Shown: piece after piece, positions 48,401 to 58,429 of the stretch | How the letters are laid out: every line of letters begins with the position of its first letter | Position numbering within the stretch: the first letter of the stretch is position 1 | Assembly: GCA_002840785.1 (NCBI GenBank) | Contig: PHCH01000004.1 | Span: 24,204 to 88,203, forward strand | Origin: Betaproteobacteria bacterium HGW-Betaproteobacteria-4 | GTDB taxonomy: Bacteria > Pseudomonadota > Gammaproteobacteria > Burkholderiales > Rhodocyclaceae | Direction of reading: 5' to 3' | DNA: 64,000 nucleotides | Program-made: the position numbers and the translations under genes | The notes under the pieces: generated by a model | Seen by the model: the letters and a program-made list of their open reading frames with translations, nothing else | What the model was told of the DNA's origin: nothing | Databases searched by the model: none

Positions 48401-50652
48401 CCAAGTGCGATGGTGTACCTGACAACTTTTTCCTTGTAACAAATCCGAACTATTTGGAAGAGGCGCTTGATTCGGCGTTTGTCGCGATGCTTGGCCAGTC
48501 CTCCTCTTCCTCGGTAGCGACCAACTCAACTTCTTTGCAGACAGGAAGCTTTATATATCAGGCGCGTTACAATTCAAACGATTGGAGCGGGCAGTTGCGA
48601 GCGCTAGAGCTCGATATGGCAGATGCTACCTTGGGTAACGTAATTGAACCCGCAAAGTGGGATGCTGGTCAGGTAATCAATAGCCAATCATCAAGGCAGA
48701 TAATTACCATAGGCTTGGATACGGCTTCAAAGAAGGGGATTCCCTTTACTTGGTCGGATATTGCCGGGCAGGCCGGTGGCTCGACGCAAGAAGATGCGCT
48801 CAATAGCAACGGTTTGGGTAGTACTGATACAGCTGGAGCTGCTCGAGTTGGCTATCTGAGAGGCTCGCAATCTAACGAAGGTAAATCGGCGATTAATTTC
48901 CGGCCTCGTCCAACGAGTCGACTAGGGGATATCGTAAATTCAAGTCCCGTTTATGTGGGAGTTCCGGAGGCTGGATGGGGAAGTTCGGCATACGCTAGTT
49001 TCGTGCAGAGTAAAGGTGCCAGAGAGGCGATGATTTATACTGGCGCCAATGATGGTATGTTGCATGCCTTTCAAGCCAAGGATGGGGTGGAGCGCCTTGC
49101 ATACGTGCCTGGTGTTTTTTACAACAATTCGGCGACCCGTTCCAATCTTAGCCAGTTAACCAATCAAGGCTACAGCCACAAGTTCTATGTCGATGGCACG
49201 CCGATGGTCAATGATATAGAGGTTGGCTCCGCGGCGACGTACCAGTGGAAAACAGTTCTGGTAGGAGGTTTGAACTGGGGGGGGCGCGCATTTTTCGCGC
49301 TCGACATTACCGATCCGGGTGATACGTCTTCAACTGATTCCGTAGCCTTCTCGGAAGCGAACGCCGCAAATATCCTGATGTGGGAGTTCACTAACGCCAA
49401 TGATTCTGATCTGGGTTACACGCATAATCAGCCGACGTATCCACCATTTAAGGGTATTGCCCGGCAAATAGTGAAAATGCGTAACGGAAAATGGGCTGTG
49501 GTAGTCGGAAATGGATACAACAGTGATGATGGTAAGGCTGCATTGTTCATTTTCTTCCTGGATCGCGCGCGATCAGGTGGGGTTTATAGCTCGACCTGGG
49601 TTCTTGGGCAGGATTACATCAAGATCGTGGCGGATGCTCAGTCACCATCCAGTTTTAATGGCTTGTCCACCCCTTATCCGTTCAGTGCGCGTGGCGATGG
49701 AATTGCAGATTGGATCTATGCCGGAGACTTGAGTGGCAATCTCTGGAAGTTCGATGTTAGCGCCGATGATCCTGTTAACTGGAAGGTTGCCTACAATACA
49801 GGGATCTGTGCAGTCGGCAGTCCATGTACGCCACTTTTTGTTGCCACGAATTCGTCGGGGGTAAGGCAGGCAATTACCACTGCGCCACAGGTCGTACGTC
49901 ATCCGACAAAAGGGGCAATGATTCTTTTTGGCACGGGCAAATATCTTGAAAGTTCGGATACCACCTCTAGTGCATCGCAAAGCTATTTTGGCGTCTGGGA
50001 TGATGGGGCCAATACAGCTGCCAACATGGACAGATCTACGCTTCTGCAACAATTAGTTGTTTCGGCTGTAGATGTTGGGGGGTTTAGTTATCGGCTGACT
50101 ACTGATTATTGTATTGCCGCGTCAGGTACGAAGTCCGGTAAGGATGCACTTTCGGGAGCCAGTACTGCAGTCTGTAGTGATGATTGGAGTGCTATCGGCG
50201 CGGAGAAGGGGTGGTATATGGATTTGCCGACCTCAGGGGAGCGAATTGCGTTCAACGGGATTGTCCGAAATGATCGCATCGTATTTCCGACCCTTATTCC
50301 ATCGTCTCAGCCCTGCCTAGCTGGTGGTGGATCGTGGCTGATGGAGCTTGATGCTCTGACTGGACGTAGACTCGATGTCACCCCGTTCGATGTGAATGGA
50401 GATGGCAAATTCAATAGCAATTCCGGTAGTGGTACGGATTTGGTTAATTTCTCTTCCAATTGCAGCAGTTGTATCGTCAGTGGGCAAAAGCCTGCAGAGG
50501 GTGGGGTTATTACGACACCCACGGTCATCAAGGGTAAGGCAGGCTCCGGAAAAGAGTTTAAATACGCCAGTAGCTCGACCGGAAAAGTCGAAAAGACAAA
50601 TGAGAGTGCGGGCCGAACAGGGCGGATTACTTGGCGCGAAGTGATGCCTTAA
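45487..50652 (+). CDS. pilY1: Type IV pilus adhesin PilY1
   Basis: 1721 aa; signal peptide; SRLGDIVNSSP, GANDGMLHAF, YVDGTP, YAGDLSGNLWKFD, GWYMDL beta-propeller; Ca loop DVNGDGKFN. Confidence 0.95.
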   Translation: MIAMFSFKTIRHAGIFMTLALALGGHSQGAVIAIPSGPLYVGAAVAPLVMLDITKDQNLFKKAYDDYTDLNADGWAETTYDHTIDYYGYFDSYKCYSYSSANGHFSPVAASLTTDASGKFVKPSDCSGQWHGNFLNWVTMSRMDSVRKLLYGGYRSTDSGTQTILERAYIPMDAHSWAKYYNPYMAKQLDTWPSHQGNLAARYPEISKLTPYSPTTQPVAISSTSSNTVSGTQASPAAKVFNVGSSTNRFSYGDQVLIESATDSGKYMVGAVSCVNGAGIGMYNTLVGGSGSCATNEIKVVVENSVGSGTISSWKIYNSTQTGISICNTTVDSGTAKSQTSTAAPRMRVAKGNFSLWSANERWQCGWREDGYGEDTGTLSGGTSTQGNRAALSGIWASSIGPNKTTTASGRVKNGLDTASGPDYNVRVEVCVSAATIGNEKCAKYPSGNYKPIGLLQYYGESGQLMFGMMTGSYTKNKSGGTLRKNISNISDEINTTTNGVIKTTPPITGSIIKTLDKMRIWGYGYSDGKYDADGSGGSTFCSWGETNINQGNCLSWGNPMSEVYLESLRYLAGKTANSSFNVSSDVLGLTSPTWTDPISSSNYCAPLNVLVFNSAVNTYEHDSQMSGSSDLGVAGNTCDATAWTDKVGVQEGINGNAWFVGNNGSGSTPTDLCSSKAVANLSGVFGLCPEGAGTEGSYQMPGLAYFARTKQIRTPASLGVPLSDTRSLKVSTFGIALATNTPRRTLTVNGSNVTIMPQGRLVNNGGYGAGSLVDWKIVCEIPLGATAATVAAITKISAGRCSSAGTGAFYWNQEDSEQGGDYDQDMWGRVQYQINGSTIAVTTDVIAQSTPYAFGFGYAISGTNHDGPHFHSGINGFAFSYPAEETNAATVTGDTSGLTSNTCSNCTLARGATTATYTVLSSAVDTVLKDPLWYAAKYGGFKDENGNDKPDQTIEWDVRNADGSTTGCTSTKCDGVPDNFFLVTNPNYLEEALDSAFVAMLGQSSSSSVATNSTSLQTGSFIYQARYNSNDWSGQLRALELDMADATLGNVIEPAKWDAGQVINSQSSRQIITIGLDTASKKGIPFTWSDIAGQAGGSTQEDALNSNGLGSTDTAGAARVGYLRGSQSNEGKSAINFRPRPTSRLGDIVNSSPVYVGVPEAGWGSSAYASFVQSKGAREAMIYTGANDGMLHAFQAKDGVERLAYVPGVFYNNSATRSNLSQLTNQGYSHKFYVDGTPMVNDIEVGSAATYQWKTVLVGGLNWGGRAFFALDITDPGDTSSTDSVAFSEANAANILMWEFTNANDSDLGYTHNQPTYPPFKGIARQIVKMRNGKWAVVVGNGYNSDDGKAALFIFFLDRARSGGVYSSTWVLGQDYIKIVADAQSPSSFNGLSTPYPFSARGDGIADWIYAGDLSGNLWKFDVSADDPVNWKVAYNTGICAVGSPCTPLFVATNSSGVRQAITTAPQVVRHPTKGAMILFGTGKYLESSDTTSSASQSYFGVWDDGANTAANMDRSTLLQQLVVSAVDVGGFSYRLTTDYCIAASGTKSGKDALSGASTAVCSDDWSAIGAEKGWYMDLPTSGERIAFNGIVRNDRIVFPTLIPSSQPCLAGGGSWLMELDALTGRRLDVTPFDVNGDGKFNSNSGSGTDLVNFSSNCSSCIVSGQKPAEGGVITTPTVIKGKAGSGKEFKYASSSTGKVEKTNESAGRTGRITWREVMP

Positions 50653-51059
50653 TGCCCAACAGGAAAGGAAGTGTCGTGAGCAAAGAGAAACGGTTTCAGA
50701 TGGGCTTCACGCTGGTTGAATTAATGGTCGTTGTTGCCATCATCGGTATTCTGGCAAGCGTAGCCTATCCCGCCTACATAGAACATGTCCGCAAGGCGAG
50801 GCGTGCCGATGCGCAGGCTGCACTCACCCAGGCGGCGCAGTTTATGGAGCGCAGTTATTCTTTGAGCCAAAAATATTCCGGCGTGAGTTTGCCTTCTTCC
50901 ATTGGGGCTGCCCAGTATGCGATTAGTATCAGTGCGCAATCGGATACTGCCTTTACACTTCAAGCTGCTCCTGCCTCTGGGTGGTCTGACCCAAAGTGTG
51001 GGACGCTTTCCTTGGATAATGCGGGAGTGAAGACGCCGACGACCCCTGGGTGTTGGTGA
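50652..51059 (+). CDS. pilE: Type IV minor pilin PilE
   Basis: GFTLVELMVVVAIIGILASVAYPAY...RRADAQAAL; C-terminal Cys pair. Confidence 0.92.
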   Translation: MPNRKGSVVSKEKRFQMGFTLVELMVVVAIIGILASVAYPAYIEHVRKARRADAQAALTQAAQFMERSYSLSQKYSGVSLPSSIGAAQYAISISAQSDTAFTLQAAPASGWSDPKCGTLSLDNAGVKTPTTPGCW

Positions 51060-51065
51060 TGAGTG

Positions 51066-51094
51066 TTGATGTTCTGAAAATTCTTTAGTAGAAT
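51066..51094 (+). promoter_or_regulatory. Sigma70 promoter of rpsT
   Basis: TTGATG, 17 bp, TAGAAT. Confidence 0.65.
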
Positions 51095-51130
51095 CGAAAG
51101 TTCTTTATTTGATGTTCAGGATTGATTTTA

Positions 51131-51400
51131 ATGGCCAATAGCGCACAAGCCCGCAAGCGCGCCCGTCAAGCTGACGGGCAGCGTTCCCATAACGCCAGCC
51201 TGCGTTCGACCCTGCGTACCGCTATCAAGCGTGTTCGTCAGGCGATCGAAGCTGGTGATAAAGCCGCCGCTCAAGGCGTCTTCCAGCAGTCCGTTGCGGT
51301 TCTTGATCGCATCGCTGACAAGAAGATTGTTCACAAGAACAAGGCTTCTCGTACCAAGAGCCGTTTGTCTGCTCAGATCAAGGCTCTTGCTGCTGCCTGA
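51131..51400 (+). CDS. rpsT: 30S ribosomal protein S20
   Basis: [13 protein letters not shown]...[13 protein letters not shown]. Confidence 0.98.
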   Translation: MANSAQARKRARQADGQRSHNASLRSTLRTAIKRVRQAIEAGDKAAAQGVFQQSVAVLDRIADKKIVHKNKASRTKSRLSAQIKALAAA

Positions 51401-51416
51401 TCTAGCGGGAGGCTAA

Positions 51417-51450
51417 AATAAAAATGGCGCCTTTGGGCGCCTTTTTTATT
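51417..51450. terminator. Bidirectional intrinsic terminator
   Basis: A-tract, GGCGCC-TTTG-GGCGCC, T6, between convergent genes. Confidence 0.8.
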
Positions 51451-51472
51451 TCCAGGGTTTTGATGGGTTGTT

Positions 51473-51766
51473 TTATTTTTCCAGCGAGCAAACGCCGTCA
51501 ATGATCTGTAGGTCGTTGTCCTGGGCGAAGTTGAGCATGAAACGATAGGCCATTGGTTCGATTTCCCCGAGGCGGCCGTCTACGAAGACGGCTTTTTCGC
51601 CGTTGTAGTCGCCTGGGCCGACATAGGGTGAGTATTTCATCTTGCGTTCAGCGCCGAATGCAGACATTACTCCGCACAGGCGTTCTGCCCAGTCGCTGGG
51701 TCGAAATTTCTTGCCTTGCTTGGTGAGGCCGACAATGATGAATGTGGTCGAGTCTGTGGTTGTCAT
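51473..51766 (-). CDS. DUF3579 family protein
   Basis: GLTKQGKKFRPSDWAERLCGVMS. Confidence 0.88.
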   Translation of the reverse strand: MTTTDSTTFIIVGLTKQGKKFRPSDWAERLCGVMSAFGAERKMKYSPYVGPGDYNGEKAVFVDGRLGEIEPMAYRFMLNFAQDNDLQIIDGVCSLEK

Positions 51767-52011
51767 TGTTCTAGTCTGCGTTGGGCGATGCAACCTTGCG
51801 TTGGCGAATTCTAGCAGAAGCCCGTACCTTTCCATAATTATGGCGTGCGGAGCCTCGATGCTGGCGTTTTTCGTGGCAGTTTGCGTTCTATACAAGGCTT
51901 GCCTTTTCACCTAAAATTCGCACCTCTGCTCCTGCTTCGGGATTGACTCCCGTCGGAGTGACGATTGTTCCGGCGGCGATGGCCGCCGTTTTCGTTTTTT
52001 GGGGTTGTCTC

Positions 52012-53184
52012 ATGTCGCATGTCATGAATACCTACGCCCGGTTGCCGGTGGCTTTCAGCCATGGTCAGGGTTCCCGGATTACTGATACCGAGGGTAGGGA
52101 ATATCTGGACGCGTTGTCCGGGATTGCCGTGTCTACGCTCGGGCATGCGCACCCCAGGCTGGTTGCTGCGATTGCTGCACAGGCTGGGCGCGTGTTGCAT
52201 ACTTCCAATTTATATGGCATTCCGGCGCAGGATCTACTTGCCGATAAATTGGTTGAGCTTTCCGGGATGCGCGAAGTCTTTTTTTGCAATTCCGGTTGTG
52301 AGGCCAACGAAGCGGCAATCAAGCTGGCGCGTTTCTATGGCCACAAAAGAGGGTTTGAAACACCGACCATTATCGTGATGGAAAAGGCTTTTCATGGCCG
52401 GACCATGGCGACGCTTTCGGCGACTGGCAATCGCAAGGCTCAAGCGGGTTTCGAGCCGCTGGTTTCGGGGTTTGTACGAGTTCCCTACGACGACCTTGAT
52501 GCGATCAAAGCGGTTGCCGAGCACAACCAGAATATTGTCGCCGTGATGGTGGAGATTATTCAGGGTGAGGGTGGAATTCATTTGGCATCGGCGGATTTCC
52601 AGATGGGTATCCGCCGCTTGTGTGATGACAATGGCTGGTTGCTGATTTGTGATGAAGTGCAGTGCGGTATGGCGCGCACCGGAAAGTGGTTCGGGTATCA
52701 GCATGCCGGAATTCAGCCTGACATTGCCACGCTGGCAAAAGGTTTGGGTTCTGGTGTGCCGATTGGTGCCTGTATGGCGGGTGGCAGGGCTGCCGGTTTG
52801 TTCGGGCCGGGTAACCATGGCTCGACGTTTGGTGGCAACCCGTTGGCATGTTCGGCGGCGCTGACGACCATCGATACCATTGAGCAGGATGGTCTGATGG
52901 CCAATGCCGAAAAGGTTGGTGCGCTGATTCGCCAGCTTTATGCCGAAGCGCTGGCTGGGGTGGACGGTGTAGTTGAGATTCGCGGCCATGGCCTGATGAT
53001 CGGCATTGAGCTTGACCGGCCGTGTGGCGAACTGGTTGGCCAGGCGCTGGCCGCAGGATTATTGATCAACGTTACTGCGGACAAGGTTGTACGCCTGTTG
53101 CCACCGCTGATATTTAGCGAAAATGAGGCAAAAGAGCTGGTTGACCGTAGCGTTCCGCTAATCAAAGCGTTTTTGGCGGCCTGA
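52012..53184 (+). CDS. argD: Acetylornithine aminotransferase
   Basis: YLDALSGIAV, NSGCEANEAA, FHGRT, DEVQCG, TLAKGLG. Confidence 0.95.
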   Translation: MSHVMNTYARLPVAFSHGQGSRITDTEGREYLDALSGIAVSTLGHAHPRLVAAIAAQAGRVLHTSNLYGIPAQDLLADKLVELSGMREVFFCNSGCEANEAAIKLARFYGHKRGFETPTIIVMEKAFHGRTMATLSATGNRKAQAGFEPLVSGFVRVPYDDLDAIKAVAEHNQNIVAVMVEIIQGEGGIHLASADFQMGIRRLCDDNGWLLICDEVQCGMARTGKWFGYQHAGIQPDIATLAKGLGSGVPIGACMAGGRAAGLFGPGNHGSTFGGNPLACSAALTTIDTIEQDGLMANAEKVGALIRQLYAEALAGVDGVVEIRGHGLMIGIELDRPCGELVGQALAAGLLINVTADKVVRLLPPLIFSENEAKELVDRSVPLIKAFLAA

Positions 53185-53187
53185 ATC

Positions 53188-54108
53188 ATGGCGATCAAAC
53201 ATTTTCTGCAGTTCAAGGATTTTACGCGCGACGAGCTTGAGTACGTATTCGAGCGGACGCGCTGGATCAAGAACCAGTTCAAGTCTTACCAAAAGTACTG
53301 GCCACTTAGCGACCGGACGCTGGTAATGATTTTCGAGAAGGCGAGCACGCGGACGCGTCTGTCCTTCGAGGCCGGTATGCAGCAGTTGGGTGGTTCGGCG
53401 ATTTACCTGAATACGCGCGACTCGCAACTGGGGCGTGGCGAGCCGGTCGAGGATGCGGCGCAGGTCATTTCGCGGATGAGCGATATCGTGATGATTCGCA
53501 CCTTCGAGCAGGACATCATCGAACGCTTTGCCGCCAACTCGCGCGTGCCGGTGATCAACGGGTTGACCAACGAATATCATCCCTGCCAGATCCTGGCTGA
53601 TATCTATACCTTCATCGAGCATCGCGGCTGCATCCAGGGCAAGACCATTGCCTGGGTCGGTGATGCCAACAATATGTGCAACACCTGGCTGCAGGCGGCT
53701 GAAGTTCTCGACTTCAAGGTCCATGTTTCGACGCCGCCGGGCTACGAGATCAATGCCGATCTGGTCGGCAAAATCGATCCGGCGCGTTTCAAGGTCTTTG
53801 CCGATCCGATGGATGCCTGCCGGGGTGCCGATCTGGTGACTACCGACGTGTGGACGTCAATGGGTTTCGAGGCTGAAAACGAAGAGCGGATCAAGGCCTT
53901 TGCCGATTGGTGTGTTGATGGCGACATGATGCGCGTGGCCAATGAAGGCTCGCTGTTCATGCACTGCCTGCCGGCGCATCGTGGCGAGGAAGTCACCGCC
54001 GAGGTCATCGACGGACCGCAATCGGTGGTCTGGGATGAGGCAGAGAACCGTCTGCATGTGCAGAAGGCATTGATGGAATATTTGCTGTTGGGCCGGCTTC
54101 AGGGCTGA
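53188..54108 (+). CDS. argF: Ornithine carbamoyltransferase
   Basis: [22 protein letters not shown]. Confidence 0.97.
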   Translation: MAIKHFLQFKDFTRDELEYVFERTRWIKNQFKSYQKYWPLSDRTLVMIFEKASTRTRLSFEAGMQQLGGSAIYLNTRDSQLGRGEPVEDAAQVISRMSDIVMIRTFEQDIIERFAANSRVPVINGLTNEYHPCQILADIYTFIEHRGCIQGKTIAWVGDANNMCNTWLQAAEVLDFKVHVSTPPGYEINADLVGKIDPARFKVFADPMDACRGADLVTTDVWTSMGFEAENEERIKAFADWCVDGDMMRVANEGSLFMHCLPAHRGEEVTAEVIDGPQSVVWDEAENRLHVQKALMEYLLLGRLQG

Positions 54109-54140
54109 GCGGCGCTGTTAATCGATACAAGGGAACGGAA

Positions 54141-55643
54141 ATGAGCGACATCAAGAAGGTTGTGCTGGCCTATTCGGGCGGTCTCGATACCTCGGTCATC
54201 CTCAAGTGGTTGCAGGATGTGTACAAGTGCGAAGTGGTCACCTTCACGGCCGACCTCGGCCAGGGTGAAGAACTTGAGCCGGCGCGCGCCAAGGCGCTGA
54301 AGGCCGGCATCAAGCCGAAGAACATCTATATCGACGACGTGCGTGAGGAGTTTGTCCGCGACTTCGTCTTTCCGATGTTCCGCGCCAATACGGTTTATGA
54401 AGGCGAGTATCTGCTCGGTACTTCGATCGCTCGTCCGCTGATCGCCAAGCGTCTGATTGAGATTGTCAATGAAACCGGTGCCGATGCCATCTGTCACGGC
54501 GCGACCGGCAAGGGCAACGACCAGGTCCGTTTCGAGCTCGGCGCCTACGCGCTGAAGCCGGGCATCAAGGTCATTGCGCCGTGGCGTGAGTGGGATTTGA
54601 TGTCACGTGAGAAGCTCATGGCCTATGCCGAGAAGCATGGCATCGAGATCGACATGAAGCACAAGAAGGGCGGCTCGCCCTATTCGATGGACGCCAACCT
54701 GCTGCACATTTCCTACGAAGGACGTCACCTCGAGAACCCGGCTGCCGAGGCCGAGGAATCAATGTGGCGGTGGACCGTTTCGCCGGAAAAGGCACCGAAC
54801 AAGGCCGAGTACCTCGACCTTGAATTCGTCAAGGGCGACGTGGTTGCCATCAACGGCAAGAAGATGAAAGCCCATGAAATTCTGGGTTCCTTGAACGAAA
54901 TCGGCGGCAAGCACGGCATTGGTCGCCTGGACCTGGTCGAGAACCGTTATGTCGGCATGAAGTCGCGTGGCTGTTACGAAACCCCGGGCGGAACGATTCT
55001 GCTGCGCGCTCACCGTGCCATCGAGTCGGTGACGCTGGACCGCGAAGTCGCCCACCTCAAGGACGATCTGATGCCGCGTTACGCCAGCCTGGTGTACAAC
55101 GGCTACTGGTGGAGCCCGGAGCGCAAGGCGCTGCAGGTGCTGATCGACCATACGCAGCAGACAGTCAACGGGGTCGTTCGCCTCAAGCTGTACAAGGGCA
55201 ATGTGATCGTCGTCGGCCGCGACTCGAAGACTGATTCGCTGTTTGATTCGACCATCGCCACCTTCGAGGACGATGCCGGTGCTTACGATCAGCGTGATGC
55301 GGGTGGTTTCATCAAGCTCAACGCCCTGCGTTTGCGCATTGCCGCCAATCTCGCTGCGAAAAAGGCGGGCAAGCCGGTCAAGGCGGTTGCTGCCAAGAAG
55401 ACTGTGATGGCAAAGCCTGCAGCCAAACCGGCAGCGAAGGCGGCTGTCAAACCGGTTGCCAAGGCTGCGGTGAAAAAAGCTGTAGCGAAACCGACAGCGA
55501 AGCCGGTGGCCAAGGCCGCTGTCAAGCCGCTGGTCAAGCCGGTTGCAGCCAAGGCAGTGGTTGCCAAGGCAGTGGTTGCCAAGGCTGTCAAAGCACCGGT
55601 CAAGCCTGCGGCCAAGAAGCCTGCTGCTAAGAAGAAGGGTTAA
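54141..55643 (+). CDS. argG: Argininosuccinate synthase with a Lys/Ala/Pro-rich C-terminal extension
   Basis: [32 protein letters not shown]; last ~95 aa are AKP repeats. Confidence 0.97.
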   Translation: MSDIKKVVLAYSGGLDTSVILKWLQDVYKCEVVTFTADLGQGEELEPARAKALKAGIKPKNIYIDDVREEFVRDFVFPMFRANTVYEGEYLLGTSIARPLIAKRLIEIVNETGADAICHGATGKGNDQVRFELGAYALKPGIKVIAPWREWDLMSREKLMAYAEKHGIEIDMKHKKGGSPYSMDANLLHISYEGRHLENPAAEAEESMWRWTVSPEKAPNKAEYLDLEFVKGDVVAINGKKMKAHEILGSLNEIGGKHGIGRLDLVENRYVGMKSRGCYETPGGTILLRAHRAIESVTLDREVAHLKDDLMPRYASLVYNGYWWSPERKALQVLIDHTQQTVNGVVRLKLYKGNVIVVGRDSKTDSLFDSTIATFEDDAGAYDQRDAGGFIKLNALRLRIAANLAAKKAGKPVKAVAAKKTVMAKPAAKPAAKAAVKPVAKAAVKKAVAKPTAKPVAKAAVKPLVKPVAAKAVVAKAVVAKAVKAPVKPAAKKPAAKKKG

Positions 55644-55646
55644 TCG

Positions 55647-55871
55647 ATGGAGGGAGGGACCGTATTCGGGCTGAACGAAGAACAGATCGCAGACTTCTTC
55701 TCGACCTGGGGTGTTGGTGCCTTCATCCTCTTCATGTTGTTCATCATTGGCGAGATCGCCTACAAGTCGAAGGCGGGCAAGACGGGCACCTTTGTGCTCT
55801 TCTTCGTGCTGGCTTTCGGCATGGTCGGGTTCATTGCCAAATCAGTGATTCAGAAAATCTGGGGTATGTAA
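55647..55871 (+). CDS. DUF2788 small membrane protein
   Basis: MLFIIGEIAYKSKAGKTGTFVLFFVL. Confidence 0.85.
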   Translation: MEGGTVFGLNEEQIADFFSTWGVGAFILFMLFIIGEIAYKSKAGKTGTFVLFFVLAFGMVGFIAKSVIQKIWGM

Positions 55872-56189
55872 ATGTCGCAATACGACAACGTTTCGGTGGT
55901 CAAGAAGGCCAATGTTTATTTTGATGGCAAGTGCGTCAGCCACACTGTGGTGTTGGCCGATGGCACCAAGAAGACGGTGGGCGTGATCCTGCCGTCCAGC
56001 CTGACTTTCAATACCGGCGCGCCGGAAATCATGGAAGGTGTGGGTGGTTCATGCCGCGTCAAGCTTAAGGGCGAAAGCGAGTGGACGACCTGGGGCGAAG
56101 GTCAGTCGTTCAACGTGCCGGGCAACTCCAGCTTCGAAATTTCGGTGGCTGATGGCGAGTCCTATCACTACGTTTGTCACTTTGGGTAA
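55872..56189 (+). CDS. ppnP: Pyrimidine/purine nucleoside phosphorylase
   Basis: [12 protein letters not shown]...KKTVGVILP...GAPEIME...F.VPGNSSF. Confidence 0.93.
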   Translation: MSQYDNVSVVKKANVYFDGKCVSHTVVLADGTKKTVGVILPSSLTFNTGAPEIMEGVGGSCRVKLKGESEWTTWGEGQSFNVPGNSSFEISVADGESYHYVCHFG

Positions 56190-56194
56190 TCATC

Positions 56195-56689
56195 ATGCCG
56201 AGCTTTGACTTCACCTCCGAAGCGGACATGGTGGCGTTGAAGAACGCCATCGATGTCACCTCACGCCAGATCGACAATCGCTACGATTTCAAGGGCACAA
56301 CGGCCAAGGTCGAGCTGAACGAAAAGGACAAGGTCATCACCCTGTGGGGCGATTCCGATTTCCAGCTTGACCAGATCAAGGACCTGCTTTTCCCGGCCAT
56401 GGAAAAGAAGGAGAAGGAAAGCGTCAAGCGTCTGGATCACCAGAAGATCGTCAGCGTTTCCGGCAACAAGGTGAAGCAGGAAATGAAGATCAAGGACGGG
56501 ATCGACAGCGATCTGGCCAAGAAGATCGTCAAGCTGGTCAAGGATGGCAAGCTCAAGGTCCAGGCCGCGATTCAGGGCGAAACCGTGCGGGTCACGGGCG
56601 CCAAGCGGGACGACCTGCAGGCTTGCATCGCGCTGATCACCAAGTCGATTACCGACTTTCCGATCAAGTACGGCAATTTCCGGGATTAA
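56195..56689 (+). CDS. yajQ: YajQ family cyclic di-GMP-binding protein
   Basis: MPSFDFTSE...NRYDFKG...KVQAAIQGE.VRVTG.KRDDLQ. Confidence 0.95.
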   Translation: MPSFDFTSEADMVALKNAIDVTSRQIDNRYDFKGTTAKVELNEKDKVITLWGDSDFQLDQIKDLLFPAMEKKEKESVKRLDHQKIVSVSGNKVKQEMKIKDGIDSDLAKKIVKLVKDGKLKVQAAIQGETVRVTGAKRDDLQACIALITKSITDFPIKYGNFRD

Positions 56690-56747
56690 GCGATTTTCGA
56701 CGGCGAACCGGGATTGCTACGGTCAACCGGAAAAAACGGCCAAAATG

Positions 56748-56779
56748 AAAACGGGCGGCGCGAGCAAGCCCGTTTTTTA
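56748..56779. terminator. Bidirectional terminator
   Basis: AAAACGGGC-N11-GCCCGTTTT between convergent genes. Confidence 0.65.
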
Positions 56780-56787
56780 TTGTGCTC

Positions 56788-57501
56788 TCAGCGGGCCAGA
56801 CCCTTGATCCACGCCGAGTAAAGTTGCTCCGAGAGCTGGCGCATGGCCGGCAGCTTTGCCGAAATTTCAGCCTGCATGGCTTCCGGCGTCTGCGCGCAGG
56901 GCAGGTCGGCGACGGCAATCGCTTCGTCGGCCCATTGCTCGCACCACGTGGCAATCATTTCCGGTGTCATTTCAACGTGGCATTGCATGGCAAGGTGAGG
57001 ACCGCTGACGAACATCTGGTTGGTGCAGTAGCCATTGGCCAGCAAGCGGGTGGCGCCGTTCGGGAGGCTGAACGTCTCGCCGTGCCACTGAAAAACCGTG
57101 CCGCTTTTGCCGGCGAAGTCGCCCAGCCACTGGCGGGCGACCCCGTTGTCCTCGCCATGCGCGCTACTCCAGCCAATTTCCTTGACCGGATTGCGCGTGA
57201 TCTGACCACCGAGTGCCTTGCTCATCAGTTGCCCGCCGAGGCAATGGCCGATGACCGGCACGTTTTTCGCAACCGCTTCGCGAATCAGCCCGCAGACGGG
57301 CTCTATCCACGGGAGCGGGTCGTTGACACTCATCGGGCCTCCCATGAAACACAGCCCGGAAAAGTCATCGACGTTCGCCGGTATTTCGGCGCCCTCGTCA
57401 ACGGCGATCAGCCGCCACGGAATGCCGTGCTGTTCAAGGAATATGGCAAAATAGCCCGGACCTTCAGTAGGGGAGTGGCGAAAGATGGCGACTGGTTGCA
57501 T
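56788..57501 (-). CDS. Type 1 glutamine amidotransferase (GMP synthase-like)
   Basis: GGPMSVND, GHCLGGQL, QWHGETF, QCHVE; start revised to ATG 57501. Confidence 0.9.
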   Translation of the reverse strand: MQPVAIFRHSPTEGPGYFAIFLEQHGIPWRLIAVDEGAEIPANVDDFSGLCFMGGPMSVNDPLPWIEPVCGLIREAVAKNVPVIGHCLGGQLMSKALGGQITRNPVKEIGWSSAHGEDNGVARQWLGDFAGKSGTVFQWHGETFSLPNGATRLLANGYCTNQMFVSGPHLAMQCHVEMTPEMIATWCEQWADEAIAVADLPCAQTPEAMQAEISAKLPAMRQLSEQLYSAWIKGLAR

Positions 57502-57511
57502 GGCGGCAATG

Positions 57512-58162
57512 ATGTCCGGGAAAACGAAGTCATATTTTACGCTGCTAGTTTTCCTGGTGGCCATGTTGCCGACACTCGGTATCGCGCAGGACGTCGGGCT
57601 GGCCGGCATCATGGGAAGCAAGGCGCTGCTCATGATCAACGGCGGCGAGCCACAAGCCGTGCCAGTCGGCAAGACGATAGACGGCATCAAGTTGCTCTCC
57701 GTTCAGAGCGATCAGGTGATCATTGAAGTCGGTGGCCGCAAGCGCCCGCTGCGCGTGGGGCAGCATGCAGTCGGCGTTTCCGCCGGCGATGGTTCGGACA
57801 AGATCGTCATGACTGCCGATGTACAGGGGCATTTTTATACAACCGGTACGGTAAACGGAACCTCCGTGCGTTTTGTCGTTGATACGGGGGCAACCTCGAT
57901 TGCCCTCGGCCCGAACGATGCCCAGCGTATTGGACTAGATCTCAGGCAGGGGCAGCGTGGCCTGACGAGCACAGCGAACGGAACAGTCGTTGTGACGCGT
58001 ATACCGCTGGATACGGTGAGAATTGGCGGCGTTACGTTGCACAACGTGGCGGCTGTGGTACTACCCACCAATATGCCGATTGCCCTGCTCGGCATGAGTT
58101 TTCTTAACCGCATGGAAATGCAGCGCGATGGCAGTACCATGACATTGAAAAAAAAATTCTAG
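57512..58162 (+). CDS. Clan AA aspartic protease (TIGR02281-like)
   Basis: FVVDTGATSIAL, TANG, LLGMSFL. Confidence 0.9.
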   Translation: MSGKTKSYFTLLVFLVAMLPTLGIAQDVGLAGIMGSKALLMINGGEPQAVPVGKTIDGIKLLSVQSDQVIIEVGGRKRPLRVGQHAVGVSAGDGSDKIVMTADVQGHFYTTGTVNGTSVRFVVDTGATSIALGPNDAQRIGLDLRQGQRGLTSTANGTVVVTRIPLDTVRIGGVTLHNVAAVVLPTNMPIALLGMSFLNRMEMQRDGSTMTLKKKF

Positions 58163-58171
58163 GAGAGAGAA

Positions 58172-58429
58172 ATGCCGCAACGTGATCAGGAAATAGCGCT
58201 ATTGCGCGAAGAAGTTGAAATGCTGATGGGCGAGCGGCAGGCGCTGTTGCGCGTGGCGGGGGCTTCCGCCGTGATGATCGCCAGTATGGACAGCAAACGC
58301 TTGCCGGTGGGCGCGATTGAGTCGGCCGATCTTGTGGCGACGACCATCAACGATCTTTCCGAAGAGACGCTTCAGGATGCGCTGGCTGCGGTCAACGCCG
58401 AAATCGAGGAAGATTCCAAGGCGGCATGA
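58172..58429 (+). CDS. Hypothetical protein (85 aa)
   Basis: AGGAG SD, host-like codons, ATGA overlap with the next gene. Confidence 0.8.
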   Translation: MPQRDQEIALLREEVEMLMGERQALLRVAGASAVMIASMDSKRLPVGAIESADLVATTINDLSEETLQDALAAVNAEIEEDSKAA

